From Amoeboradix gromovi X-113 (lineage: Eukaryota > Fungi > Sanchytriomycota), in the NCBI GenBank assembly GCA_018985225.1, contig JADGIF010000023.1:1-32000 (forward strand): DNA of 32,000 nt, written 5' to 3'. Position 1 is the stretch's first letter; every line of letters starts with the position of its first letter. This document shows positions 1 through 9,695 of this stretch, one piece after another. A model generated the notes under the pieces. The model saw nothing but the letters and a program-made list of their open reading frames with translations. It was not told where the DNA came from and searched no databases. The translations under genes were made by a program, and so were the position numbers.

Positions 1-515
1 TAGCTTGATATGTAATTAAACGATCAGGTAATGGTTCTATCTTTTGAATGGGATAGGTAGATTCAAATAATTTAAACCAATATTGAAGTTGAATGATTTG
101 AATCTTGTTCTTGGTCGAGTCCAATAAGTATTGGATATCTTGTCGTTCAGCTTCCAATTCCCATGTAATTGGCAATTTAACTTTCAATTTGTCTCGATTA
201 CAAGTTTTTGTTTGTGTCTTGAATTCAAATCCTTTCATAAAGCATTTCTGTATTTGAAACCAAGAGTTGTTGCGTAACCTTGAAATCTTCTTTTAATGGT
301 TGTGTCTCGAATATCCAATTAATAAACAAGAGTGTTTGAACTTTAATGGAATGAGCAATCTCGACATATCGTCGAATCTCTTTCTTTGAGATCTTTAACT
401 TCTGTTTGATGGATTTAACACGAGTTTTGATTTCGTCTTCTTCCACTTTACGTTTCTTAGAAGATTGAAGATGTTTTTTCTCACTACTCTTTTTACGTTT
501 CTTGGGTTTTATCAT
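1..515 (-). pseudogene. Fanzor1-like (eukaryotic TnpB) N-terminal region, frameshifted, running off the left edge
   Basis: ORF 515-225 (MIKPKKRKK...VKSIKQKLKI...YVEIAHSIKVQTLLFINWIFE...TQQLL) continues after a frameshift near 258 as QIQKCFMKGF...WFKLFESTYPIQKIEPLPDRLITYQA, open to position 1. The basic N-terminus and the LITYQA segment resemble Fanzor1 N-terminal regions as I recall them. A TIR-like motif lies ~100 bp upstream. No RuvC motif is in the window. Confidence 0.5.
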
Positions 516-597
516 GTATATAAATAGAATAGTTTCAATTGTTTATAATAATTTATTGATCAATAATTTTTCAAACAAATTTGTTCAATACTCGATG

Positions 598-623
598 AGG
601 TCAAAATGTCGTTGGATGTCCCA
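598..623 (-). mobile_element. Putative left end of the Fanzor1-like element (TGGGACATC), preceded by CATA
   Basis: The minus strand reads CATA|TGGGACATCCAACGACATTTTGACCT; the MITE TIR at 22660 reads TGGGACATCAAATATAAAAACTAGACCT. Confidence 0.5.
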
Positions 624-633
624 TATGCTGTAA

Positions 634-666
634 CTATTGCATAATCTATTGCATCATCTATTGCGT
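634..666 (+). repeat. Short tandem repeat, 12-bp unit, about 2.7 copies
   Basis: ctattgcataat ctattgcatcat ctattgcgt. Confidence 0.85.
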
Positions 667-715
667 GAATTTGTTTGAAGTCACTACAAAATCAGCATTT
701 CCCATAAGAAGTTCT

Positions 716-1558
716 ATGTTACTAACTACTGCCTTGTTTAGCATGCCCGCATTGCAACTTCCTGATGGTAATACCGGTTTCAGAGTCTTGTATCCGCAAG
801 ACTCTGCAAAATTACCTAAATTACAGGATAAAAGAACACCGCAACAAAGTAGGATTAGTAGAGCTGCTCAAAGTCTTACCGCTGCTTATAATCAGATTCA
901 ATCAGCGAACCCTGAGGAAAAATTAGAGAAGAGATTAATCAAACAGATTAATACATTGGATGAGGATATCAGTGTTTGTGTAAAACAGGCGAATAATGAC
1001 TGTATGAATAAAATTGATAAACTCGAAGAGATTAAGAATAAAATTTTAGCCGCAATTAGTGAGGCTGGGTTTGCTATGAACTATTTGCACATAAAATTTG
1101 ATGGAGTGGAATATGATAAAAACAAAGTAGAAGGCAAGCTGAATAGACTGGTTATAAAAATCAATTCATTGTTTCAAACTGAGAACGTAGCAAGACATGT
1201 AGTTAGACATTACGTTAAGAGCGAGAAACCCTCTGATATTTATCAATTGTTTTATGCTATGAATTACGAAGATAGAGAAAGCTATGGTTCCAAATCATTG
1301 GTAGAAGTTGCTACAGGTTTATATAGCAGAGAAGATTTACTGAAAGTTATAGTCACACAAACATTCGATGATAAAATCCCGGATAAGACAAAAGCTGTAG
1401 TTGAGAGCTTGATCGAAATTATTAACAAGGGAACTCAGGAATCGTATCGGGAAGCTAACAGAGTATATTACGATAATGCACTAAAAGGGTTAGAGTTTAT
1501 CAAGCAAATAATCGGTGATGATTATAAAAAAGAAATAGATGAGTACATCAGCGCATAA
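716..1558 (+). CDS. Orphan predicted secreted helical protein, paralog A
   Basis: First ATG at 716 (MLLTTALFSMP, short hydrophobic leader). Aligns by eye with 3221-4108 and 18481-19374. Confidence 0.75.
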   Translation: MLLTTALFSMPALQLPDGNTGFRVLYPQDSAKLPKLQDKRTPQQSRISRAAQSLTAAYNQIQSANPEEKLEKRLIKQINTLDEDISVCVKQANNDCMNKIDKLEEIKNKILAAISEAGFAMNYLHIKFDGVEYDKNKVEGKLNRLVIKINSLFQTENVARHVVRHYVKSEKPSDIYQLFYAMNYEDRESYGSKSLVEVATGLYSREDLLKVIVTQTFDDKIPDKTKAVVESLIEIINKGTQESYREANRVYYDNALKGLEFIKQIIGDDYKKEIDEYISA

Positions 1559-1897
1559 AAGAAAAACTTACACCAGTAAACAATTGCTTCAAATAGTAAC
1601 ATCAAGCAGTAACGCAGTCACTTGGTAATTGTCTGCCTCTTTTCATTGTAGTTTTTAGAGTTCCGAAAGTACTCAAGACATATTCGAGTTCCATTGATAC
1701 TGTATCTTCAAGGCTGATATCTCGATAATTTATTGATGAAAATATCCGACTTCCGGAATAGTGGAGGCACCAAAATTTAGATCAGCGTTTTCGCAATAAA
1801 TTAACTTCAAGACTTGGACGCTATTTAGGATTTGGTGTACTTTTGTATTCCTAAGTTTGTGACACCAAATAAAACGTGGAGTGAGACTTAGGGCGTG

Positions 1898-3187
1898 ATG
1901 TTGTTGCTAACACAGATCCTTTTAAGTGAAAGCTTAATATGCCCCACAGATATAAGAGGTAAAATTGCTGCTGCAGAAGTAGTGATTGCCGATATGATCA
2001 ATATTGCAACAGATCCTTTGAAAAATGACATTGATGAATTTACATATCTCATTCAAAATTGCTTTAATGATATGTTCCAATGTCCTACGGCTCCTGTTAG
2101 TAGTCCTAGACAGTCGCATTGTCGATCGCTGTTAGATTCTGTAAGTGGAAAATTTGAGTACTTGGCAGCTGTTTTGAAAGAAAAAGGATGGAAGAAATAT
2201 GCTTTAAGTTACTTTTTAAGTAGAAATCCTGCAACCAAAATTGAGAATTTACGAGCCCTATACAAATACACATTCAACCATCGTGATCTGCTTAAAAACC
2301 CTGATGTTCTTGAGGCTCCAGCCATAAACTTTATTGAAAACGGAGGAGAAGTCAACGAGTACTTTCAATTTCTTGTAGAAATTGAGGTTGAGCCGCAGAA
2401 TGGTAACCTTATGACTCCAAATTTTGGTCCTTTTTTCATATACATGCTTTGTAATATGGATTCCAACTTGTGTACTGAAGAAAACATAAATAAGTTTCCA
2501 AGACGCATAGATTGGATATACTTGGCATCAGTCTCCAGAGTCCGAGAATTGGCAGAATCAAGTAAGAAAGTCTCACTGATTATGAACAATATTATATGTT
2601 TTGCGGAAGCTATCACGGCCGAATACTTTTTACGTTACAACCTTCAAGTAATTGCAAATGTTCACTTTTATAAAAACTTGAATCTTGATTCTACGATTTA
2701 TAAAGATTTGCTTCAATTCATACTTCAAAAATACAACTTAAAGGTCAAATATGGCTATTTCTCGCATGCTAAATATTTCATCTCCCAGAGAATTAAAAAA
2801 ATAATGCCAAATGCGAGGGCCAGTCAGCAGTTGACTGTTAATTGTTCGGAGAAAGCACAACACCTTAAATTGCTTTCTTTCTTGTCAAATGTGTATCTCG
2901 GTAGTGAAAACTACATTGAATCAGTGAGTAACAGAAGAATATTTCTTTACGAACAAAGCAAACCGATATACGACTGCATTAAAGATGGACACACATCTGA
3001 GGAGAGGTTTAAAATTATAAATTGCAGAAACGATTTTCAAAGCGTATTCAATGCTCTCCAAAAGCAAATAGATAAGACCAAATGCACAACTGACGAGCCT
3101 ACAGAAAATACCGAATGCTACCCTGATATGCCTATTGGTGGCCCGACATTAACATTTAGCAATTCTGTAAGCAGCTATGGAATATAA
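1898..3187 (+). CDS. Hypothetical, probably secreted protein (429 aa)
   Basis: Long ORF; the ATG at 1898 gives the leader MLLLTQILLS. No recognisable domain. Confidence 0.7.
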   Translation: MLLLTQILLSESLICPTDIRGKIAAAEVVIADMINIATDPLKNDIDEFTYLIQNCFNDMFQCPTAPVSSPRQSHCRSLLDSVSGKFEYLAAVLKEKGWKKYALSYFLSRNPATKIENLRALYKYTFNHRDLLKNPDVLEAPAINFIENGGEVNEYFQFLVEIEVEPQNGNLMTPNFGPFFIYMLCNMDSNLCTEENINKFPRRIDWIYLASVSRVRELAESSKKVSLIMNNIICFAEAITAEYFLRYNLQVIANVHFYKNLNLDSTIYKDLLQFILQKYNLKVKYGYFSHAKYFISQRIKKIMPNARASQQLTVNCSEKAQHLKLLSFLSNVYLGSENYIESVSNRRIFLYEQSKPIYDCIKDGHTSEERFKIINCRNDFQSVFNALQKQIDKTKCTTDEPTENTECYPDMPIGGPTLTFSNSVSSYGI

Positions 3188-3220
3188 TAATAAATCTAAT
3201 AGAATAAACTTTCGCACGAT

Positions 3221-4108
3221 CTATTTACTATATACTTTATCTATATATCTATTGACAGTCATGTCAGAGATTTGTTTTGGTAACGACTCGTTCCAAGGCA
3301 CATCATACTTGGCTTTTAGTTTCAACACTCCTGTTAATGCTTCTTCACATAAGTCCGTATGTTCATTGTAATAAGTCTTGTCACTGGCACTGTAGAGAAT
3401 TTCTTGCAATCCATGAAGGACTTCCTTGACCTTACCCATCGAACCATTATTCATTGTTTCCTCAATGAGTTTCGCAAGCAATTCTTGTTTGTTGCGCCCT
3501 TGCACCACTAATTCTTCAAGAGTTTTCACGTAATCTTGAGGTTCTTTATTCTCATCGTGTTCTAGTGCTTTGATAAAATAGTAGGCATCAAGCGGCTCTT
3601 TGCTTTTAATCAAATGATCAGCAGCATTGTTAGAAGCCTGTTCTAGTGTCAATGAGTCTGCAACTAACTTAACAAGCGCCTTCCTCTGCGAGTTGGATTG
3701 TTTATAATAAACATCGTGACGCTCATCATAAGGGTCCTGATCATATTTATTTGTAAGAGCAAGAGTTAACTTGGCTTTGAAATCCTCAAGAGCATTGATA
3801 TAATCATCGCATAACATGCCCAGATCAGCTAAGCAGTTCTGTTGACTCATTACTATCTTAGAGCTATCAGTTGAAGATTGAGAACTTTGCAGAGATGGAG
3901 CCTCGGGCGGCAATTCGATGGAAGGTTGATGCATACCATCCACAGCCATCATGATCCGCTTAGCTGCATTGCTCTGTCTTGGAAGGGTTTTATGACCATT
4001 GAACCGGCCCTTTAATGGGATTAAATGTGGTAGCATTGGAGTGCCAAAAGCAACAGTGCCTCCAGGTGCCAAAACAGGAATACTGTACAGTGAAGTTAGA
4101 ATTATCAT
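3221..4108 (-). CDS. Orphan predicted secreted helical protein, paralog B
   Basis: Leader MIILTSLYSIP; shares the Cys pair and the ELL, KVKE, L.EIL, AL.G...LK and YID pattern with paralogs A and C. Confidence 0.75.
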   Translation of the reverse strand: MIILTSLYSIPVLAPGGTVAFGTPMLPHLIPLKGRFNGHKTLPRQSNAAKRIMMAVDGMHQPSIELPPEAPSLQSSQSSTDSSKIVMSQQNCLADLGMLCDDYINALEDFKAKLTLALTNKYDQDPYDERHDVYYKQSNSQRKALVKLVADSLTLEQASNNAADHLIKSKEPLDAYYFIKALEHDENKEPQDYVKTLEELVVQGRNKQELLAKLIEETMNNGSMGKVKEVLHGLQEILYSASDKTYYNEHTDLCEEALTGVLKLKAKYDVPWNESLPKQISDMTVNRYIDKVYSK

Positions 4109-4654
4109 TTCAAAACCCTGCTGATGTCTGAGAAGTATTCACTTCAGTTTTAAGGCACGTGGACATAGAGGTCCAATCAAAATCATGTCAGATCGCGTTA
4201 TTTTAATATTACTATTTTCAGGAAAATTTAAAAGATTTTAGGAAATAATTTAAATTTATTGCGAATAAACAGCTGGAAAACCTTGTGGCAAGTCGAACAC
4301 CAAATAAACAGATGAATTATGCAGGGATATCGAAAACGAAAGAGACTTAGGACATGCGAGCATGCTCCACAGCGGTCCATCGCGACAAAAATGCCAGCTA
4401 GAATGTGCGAGATGTATTATTTAGTTACACTACTGAACACAAAACCAAGCTAGCATATTCGTCCTTCAACTGATGATACCAATTAAAGGAGCGAGAGGTC
4501 TCAATCGACACCTGGGCAATGATTTTTCTGCATAATTGTGAACCTATTTATTATTTCTATTAGTGGCTGTTTCTATAGGCTACAATAACGGCTTCATTCT
4601 CAAAAGCCATCTTGTTAAATCCTTTTGATCCCATCTTCTTGTGATACGCTTTGA

Positions 4655-4775
4655 TTACTCCTCCTTAAAAGTCCTGATTTCCGAGAAAATCGAGAATTTC
4701 CACGGAGAAACTAATGCTAGTTTCTCCGTTACAGTGATCCCTAACGCTTTCACTACACTGAGGCGGGATTGAATA
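4655..4775 (-). ncRNA. Putative omegaRNA scaffold (family B, copy 1)
   Basis: Lies directly 3' of the RuvC-III-like motif. Contains a perfect 12-bp stem (4702-4713/4718-4729), a CAGTG/CACTG stem and a TTCTCGA/TCGGAA hairpin. The terminal 66 nt differ from copy 2 at only 2 positions. Confidence 0.5.
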
Positions 4776-5110
4776 AGGATATATATACTTGATGTATATG
4801 TTCCTTGCAGCCATATGGTCTCTACCTGTCTCCAAATGACAATTTGTACAGGTTCAGGTTTCTAAGTTGGTTTTCTTTAGATTACCATACCTCGTACATG
4901 GCATCTAATTCTTCCATGTTTGGACCAGCTTATCAGTTTGAGACGAATGTATGCTGTACCTGTTAATTATTTATTTAGAATTGATTTACCATTTGCGAAA
5001 AGGAAGAATATCGAGTGTTTAGGCTATTAAAAAAATCTGGAAAAGTCTTGAAATGATACAAAAATATATACAAATTCGCAATAAATGATTTATTCAAGAA
5101 ATAGTCAAGC
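4655..5110 (-). mobile_element. Non-autonomous TnpB/Fanzor2-like element, copy 1 (C-terminal remnant plus omegaRNA-like end)
   Basis: Same-orientation dispersed copy of 26434-26905. The minus strand translates to MPCTRYGNLKKTNLET*TCTNCHLETGRDHMAARNIYIKY, a zinc ribbon followed by a RuvC-III-like (D)RD..AARNI motif. Confidence 0.75.
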
Positions 5111-5841
5111 TGTTTCATTTTCAAACGACTTAGTTTTCAGTTCTTCAATTCTGATCACCAAGCTCTTGGAAATTTCTAATTCCAGCTCATATTTCTTTTT
5201 AGGTTCTAAACAAATAGGATCTAATTCATCTGCAATTTTATCAAAAGTTTTTAGATGCTGGTTGCGAATACTTTCCAAGTGAAAATTCGATTTTTGTGTA
5301 TTTCTAAGCCATACTTGTCGTCAGAACAAGAATCGTCGTTATCTTAGGAATGATTAACAAGTTTCCTTACTTGGTACTCAATTCCATCGCAACTGGTGTT
5401 ATTCGAGGCATCGACATGTTCGTCAACTTCGTCTTCGGTTCCGGTTTCGCTGTCTTCATCGGATGAGTTCGTATCAATATCAGTTGTTGTGTTTCCGTCT
5501 CCAAAAACATCACTGATACGCTGATTGCTTTTGGCCTTATCTAAATACTCAACAACAGGATTCTCTTCATAAGAATAGTTGGCACATTCATATAGCCTCT
5601 TAATATGGCAAGTATGGGCTTTATGCCTATAATCACTGGGATGAATATCTAGCACCATGAAATAAGACTCGATCTGGCTTACAATTTGTTTCTTTGGTGC
5701 GTCGCAGCTTAGTTTCTGACCTTCACAGTATTTAATCCATTTATAAACTGCAGACATTTTTTCATTTCTCATTTTATCCGTCAAGAGCACTTTGTTAGGG
5801 GTTTAATCTTGTATTTCAGGTTGTTTTCTATTGTTTGCCAT
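5105..5841 (-). pseudogene. Disrupted ORF of unknown function with an acidic tract
   Basis: ATG at 5841 (MANNRKQPEIQD*TPNKVLLTDK...). A second in-frame TAA lies at 5344-5346, then a frameshift leads into HLESIRNQHLKTFDKIADEL...SFENETA* ending at 5105. Confidence 0.5.
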
Positions 5842-6191
5842 TCTCTGCTATTATGAATCAAAAGATGTTTAGGCATTACTGCTTTGTACGAAAGCACTAA
5901 TCGATTTTAGTTGAATAATTCCTTTATAGCAATTAGGTGATTTTATCGCTCGAATAAATCATCTTACTAAAGTATTGAAATTGAATAAAAACAGCGTTTT
6001 CACTTCATCTCACCCATAGTACAAGAATCTAAAGAAAGAAAACGGTTAAAAGATGGGGGCTGACTGGGGGAGCATACATGAAGCATTGTCAGCTAAATTC
6101 TTGATTTTCAAGGAAATTGAGAGCTCTAGTGGGAGTATTTTGGTGCAGCAACTCATTCTAATGTGTACATATTGCAAATCAATTCGTTTAT

Positions 6192-9100
6192 TTAATCCAG
6201 CTTGCGAGTTAGTCCTAGTAACGCTTTTAGATCCTCTTCTTTTCTTTTCAATCCGCTCACTGGCTTTATTTTTTCGGTTTCAACATCTTTATCCTCTGGA
6301 GCACTTCCATTTCCACTATATATCCCTCTTACTCGACTACCAGAAGATTTCTTATCATCTCTCAATTTATTTCTGTCTCTTCCTTTTGTTGATTTGTCTC
6401 TTGTTGTATTGTTCTGGGTCTGCACTTTGTCTTTATAGCTCGTACTTTCTACCACTTTACTATTTCCTCTATATATCTTTTGCTTATTGTTTCTAATTGG
6501 GTTACTTTTTTTGTTCTCCCCCCATATATTTAGACCAATCTTCTCTACTGTCTCTTTCATTGCTTGCTGTCTATTACTTAAGTTTATCATCTCATGTCCT
6601 TCTACGGTGTATCCTCTTTTATCTTGGAGCAACCCATCCAAATCACATCCCAGCTCTTCTCCACCGGGCACATACACATCATATTGTTGTCTTATACCTA
6701 CTACTACCCCAGTTATTCCAAGCAAACCTTGTTTGTTCATTACCACCAAATCTCCTATTTTAAAACTCTGTTGTCTCATTCTGTACTGGCCATGTTCTGG
6801 CATCATAAGCAGCGCTAGTGGTATGTTTTCTACCTTGGCAGTTGCTTTGGTCACAACAGCGACTGACTTGAGTTGCTCCTTACTCATTCTATCATAATGC
6901 AACGGCACTGCTTCCTCATGGTACTGCTTTACCCACTTAATTACTTCTGGGACACACTTTATTCCATCCACATTTAAAGTCTCTTTGCTAGTTATATTCG
7001 CATCCAAGTAGCCTATCAGATCTGGGTATTTGTTAATATACTGACGCAGTATTTCTACTAATTCGCTGCTATACTCCCATCTGTCGTTCACCATTCTACT
7101 CTTGTTTATTACCTTGAGCCCTCGCGCTTGATATTTCATGTTCAGTCCCAAGTTTACCAGCCGATTGTTGTACCTGCATTTTAAAGTGCTGGTTAATTTA
7201 GATAACAGCAGCCCGCTTATATTGAAGCGTTTGCATATTGCACGCGGCTGCAAGTATTGGGCACTATCTGCAGTGGCTGTATTCAGTACACTTAATGACA
7301 TGCTACTGGCCAGAAGCACAGTAGCCTTGCGGTCATTAATACTCTCGATTATGCCAATTCGCCCGTAGTTGTCATCATTTAACACAAATACCTGGTCATT
7401 AACATGATACTCAATATCGGAATCCCTCTCTATATGCCGCGCATCCATTTCAAATTCAGTATTTATCAATTCCAAAGGGCAGTAGTCTATGCCATCAAAA
7501 TGCTGAATAAATCGATTATTGCTATAAATTACATGCTTAAATGGTTTAACTGTCACTAAAGTATCACTGGTTAGAAAGATAGCAAAGGTAGATGATAAGT
7601 GACTTGATATGTTTGCGTAAATAGCAGATAGTGAAGGTTTATCATCGATGCTGTCAACACTAACTACCTTACCCATAACGCTGTTAGGCCAGTTGTACAG
7701 TACCACACTATTTAACTGCACAGGCTTTTCAATGGCCATTGGAGTTATACAGCAAGTGATACACGTAGTAGATCGGTTAAACACTCTAATAGTGCATGAC
7801 TTGAACTCATAGTCAAATGCAATGCTATACAGGCTAGGAAACCCAGGTATCACAGCATGTGGCTGGTTGTTCGGGATAGAGGATATTTGTACAGGTATAT
7901 CTAACGACACAACAGCGCAATGACTGGTAAACGATACTAAATCTTTGTTAGTGCTAACAATGTCCATGTTAATATTAGCATCAAACTTGTACATAAAGGA
8001 AGTGCCAAACTCATTAATTAACAGCTCGTCACTAGTCAACAAATGCAAAACCTCATCTATGCAATTAATGAGAACAGATTGATCAATGAATGGAATCAAA
8101 ACCAGTGCTTCCCAATCATGCTGCTTACCATTTAAATCTACAGAAAATTCACTTGGGTAGTATTCACTCAATAAGGGGTGGGTCATTAAATTTGAAATAC
8201 AATCAGGTAGCAAATATTGTGATTTTAATGGCATTACTGACAGCAGTTGCTGATATGGTGTAAATGGGGTATTAATTGTAAATTTATGATTCGTGGTGGA
8301 TGCTAATTCATAGATATCATGGATGAATGGTGAGTAATGATGTGGGTAGTACCATGACCAGGAAGGCACCCCATCGTAGTAGTACAATATAACCCATTGG
8401 ATACCAATAACATAATCCTGGACGACTATAGATGGATCACTAGGGTTGGATAATTGTAGCTTGTTAGAGTAGTAAGAGCAGCGATAATTGTTGAATGAAG
8501 TGCTGCTAGTAACAGAAGTATTAGAAGTACTACTACTAGTAGTGTCGTCAGAGTCAGTCTCTACCATTAGATATGCAGAAGCATCTCTAGTTGGTTTGTT
8601 CTCAGTAATACTGTTGCCTTTGTTGCTCTTACCTGCCATTTTACTATTCAGATAAAGTTTATCACTATGATGTTGATTAAAATGATCTATTTCAATATCT
8701 TTTAAATGAAATAACAACTGCTTGACCTTGTTTAGATCCAGCTTACCGTTAACATTAATGAACCCTTTAAAATTAGATTTATACACATTTATGATGAGAT
8801 CTAACGCGTGATGCTGCAAATGAAAGTGAGGTAAATGAGGAAGAAAGTCATTTCCAATAAACAAACATAAAAAAACATAGTCGTCGATTATAGAGTTGAC
8901 ATGGTAATTAATATTCATTGAAGCACAGCAAGACTTGACCTCGTCAAATTCCAAGTCCAAATAATCACGAAGAAGAGATAAATGTAAAAGAAAGAATTTT
9001 TGATTATAAATGTTGGTGGACTGGGAAGACTTGGAAAATGTTACTTCCTCACGAAGTAGAGAAAAGTGAGGCTCATGTGATAATAAACCAAGCATAATCA

Positions 9101-9695
9101 AATCAGCGTCTAGACCGTAAACACAATGACGAAGATTGATTGAGTAATCAGGTGAATGCTTTAATTGACGAATGTATGCTTGAATTTTATGTTCACCCTC
9201 ACCAGGCACATTTACACCCGAGTATATAACTTGAAAAGATTGCCATAACGGATCATTTGAGATCTTGTACTGGATGAAGTACTGAAAATTGAGATGCAGT
9301 TGATACATGAACTTAGTGCCAGGTGTAATGCAATTACTATCAAAGGCAGGTTTAGAAGGATCAGTAGATTTAGAATTAGTTTTTTGCAATTCATCTGCTG
9401 CTTTGAATCTTCGAGAACGTTGCTGGTTCATTTTACTACGAGGTGCACAGCCATCAACAGCTAGAAATAAGCACTTTTTAGGCCTGATTTTGGACACTAG
9501 TAGATCAAGATATGCGAAAATATCAGATATAATTTCGGGCAAATCCTTGAAGGTAGTAGTGTTGGCATGAGAGCACATGTGGATTAAGCCATTCATGTCA
9601 AGATAGAAATAATCGTATTCCGGTATATGAGTTATCAACTGACTGCAAAGTGGATATCTTTCTGAAAGCTGTCGAAAGAACTTTGGAATCCCCAT
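6192..9695 (-). CDS. XRN1: 5'-3' exoribonuclease 1
   Basis: MGIPKFFR, YLDMNGLIH, AVDGCAPRSKMNQQRSRRF, FDSNCITPGT, PGEGEHKI, YGLDADLIMLGL, GNDFLP, SWSWYYPHHYSP. The long C-terminal region (NLGLNMKY...WEYS) indicates Xrn1 rather than Rat1/Xrn2. Confidence 0.95.
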   Translation of the reverse strand: MGIPKFFRQLSERYPLCSQLITHIPEYDYFYLDMNGLIHMCSHANTTTFKDLPEIISDIFAYLDLLVSKIRPKKCLFLAVDGCAPRSKMNQQRSRRFKAADELQKTNSKSTDPSKPAFDSNCITPGTKFMYQLHLNFQYFIQYKISNDPLWQSFQVIYSGVNVPGEGEHKIQAYIRQLKHSPDYSINLRHCVYGLDADLIMLGLLSHEPHFSLLREEVTFSKSSQSTNIYNQKFFLLHLSLLRDYLDLEFDEVKSCCASMNINYHVNSIIDDYVFLCLFIGNDFLPHLPHFHLQHHALDLIINVYKSNFKGFINVNGKLDLNKVKQLLFHLKDIEIDHFNQHHSDKLYLNSKMAGKSNKGNSITENKPTRDASAYLMVETDSDDTTSSSTSNTSVTSSTSFNNYRCSYYSNKLQLSNPSDPSIVVQDYVIGIQWVILYYYDGVPSWSWYYPHHYSPFIHDIYELASTTNHKFTINTPFTPYQQLLSVMPLKSQYLLPDCISNLMTHPLLSEYYPSEFSVDLNGKQHDWEALVLIPFIDQSVLINCIDEVLHLLTSDELLINEFGTSFMYKFDANINMDIVSTNKDLVSFTSHCAVVSLDIPVQISSIPNNQPHAVIPGFPSLYSIAFDYEFKSCTIRVFNRSTTCITCCITPMAIEKPVQLNSVVLYNWPNSVMGKVVSVDSIDDKPSLSAIYANISSHLSSTFAIFLTSDTLVTVKPFKHVIYSNNRFIQHFDGIDYCPLELINTEFEMDARHIERDSDIEYHVNDQVFVLNDDNYGRIGIIESINDRKATVLLASSMSLSVLNTATADSAQYLQPRAICKRFNISGLLLSKLTSTLKCRYNNRLVNLGLNMKYQARGLKVINKSRMVNDRWEYSSELVEILRQYINKYPDLIGYLDANITSKETLNVDGIKCVPEVIKWVKQYHEEAVPLHYDRMSKEQLKSVAVVTKATAKVENIPLALLMMPEHGQYRMRQQSFKIGDLVVMNKQGLLGITGVVVGIRQQYDVYVPGGEELGCDLDGLLQDKRGYTVEGHEMINLSNRQQAMKETVEKIGLNIWGENKKSNPIRNNKQKIYRGNSKVVESTSYKDKVQTQNNTTRDKSTKGRDRNKLRDDKKSSGSRVRGIYSGNGSAPEDKDVETEKIKPVSGLKRKEEDLKALLGLTRKLD

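Noticed and set aside
4560-4655. Short minus-strand frame IKAYHKKMG...AFENEAVIVAYRNSH*, possibly the continuation of the 5105-5841 pseudogene beyond the insertion
   Set aside because: Only ~31 codons with no independent support.
4655-4668. TA+CTCCTC start resembling a Stowaway/mariner TIR
   Set aside because: No matching inverted terminus was found at the other end of either copy, so the superfamily is left unassigned.
4740-4765. GTGTAGT on the minus strand, resembling the U2 snRNA branch-pairing region
   Set aside because: Flanking U2 sequence is absent and copy 2 reads GGGTAGT.
5343-5370. Possible 28-nt intron GTAAGG...TTAAT...AAG removing the TAA at 5344
   Set aside because: Splicing gives a stop after 12 codons, and the acceptor does not match the TAATWTAG of the two supported introns.
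5344-5805. TAA-to-Gln recoding (as in Amoeboaphelidium protococcarum) to explain the in-frame TAAs
   Set aside because: XRN1, FOX2, ARG5,6 and the ATPase end at TAA/TAG and have no internal ones; this locus also has a frameshift.
6053-7368. Plus-strand ORFs over the XRN1 3' end, and similar antisense ORFs over the ATPase, FOX2, CENP-C-like gene and ARG5,6
   Set aside because: Shadow frames of real genes with no motifs.
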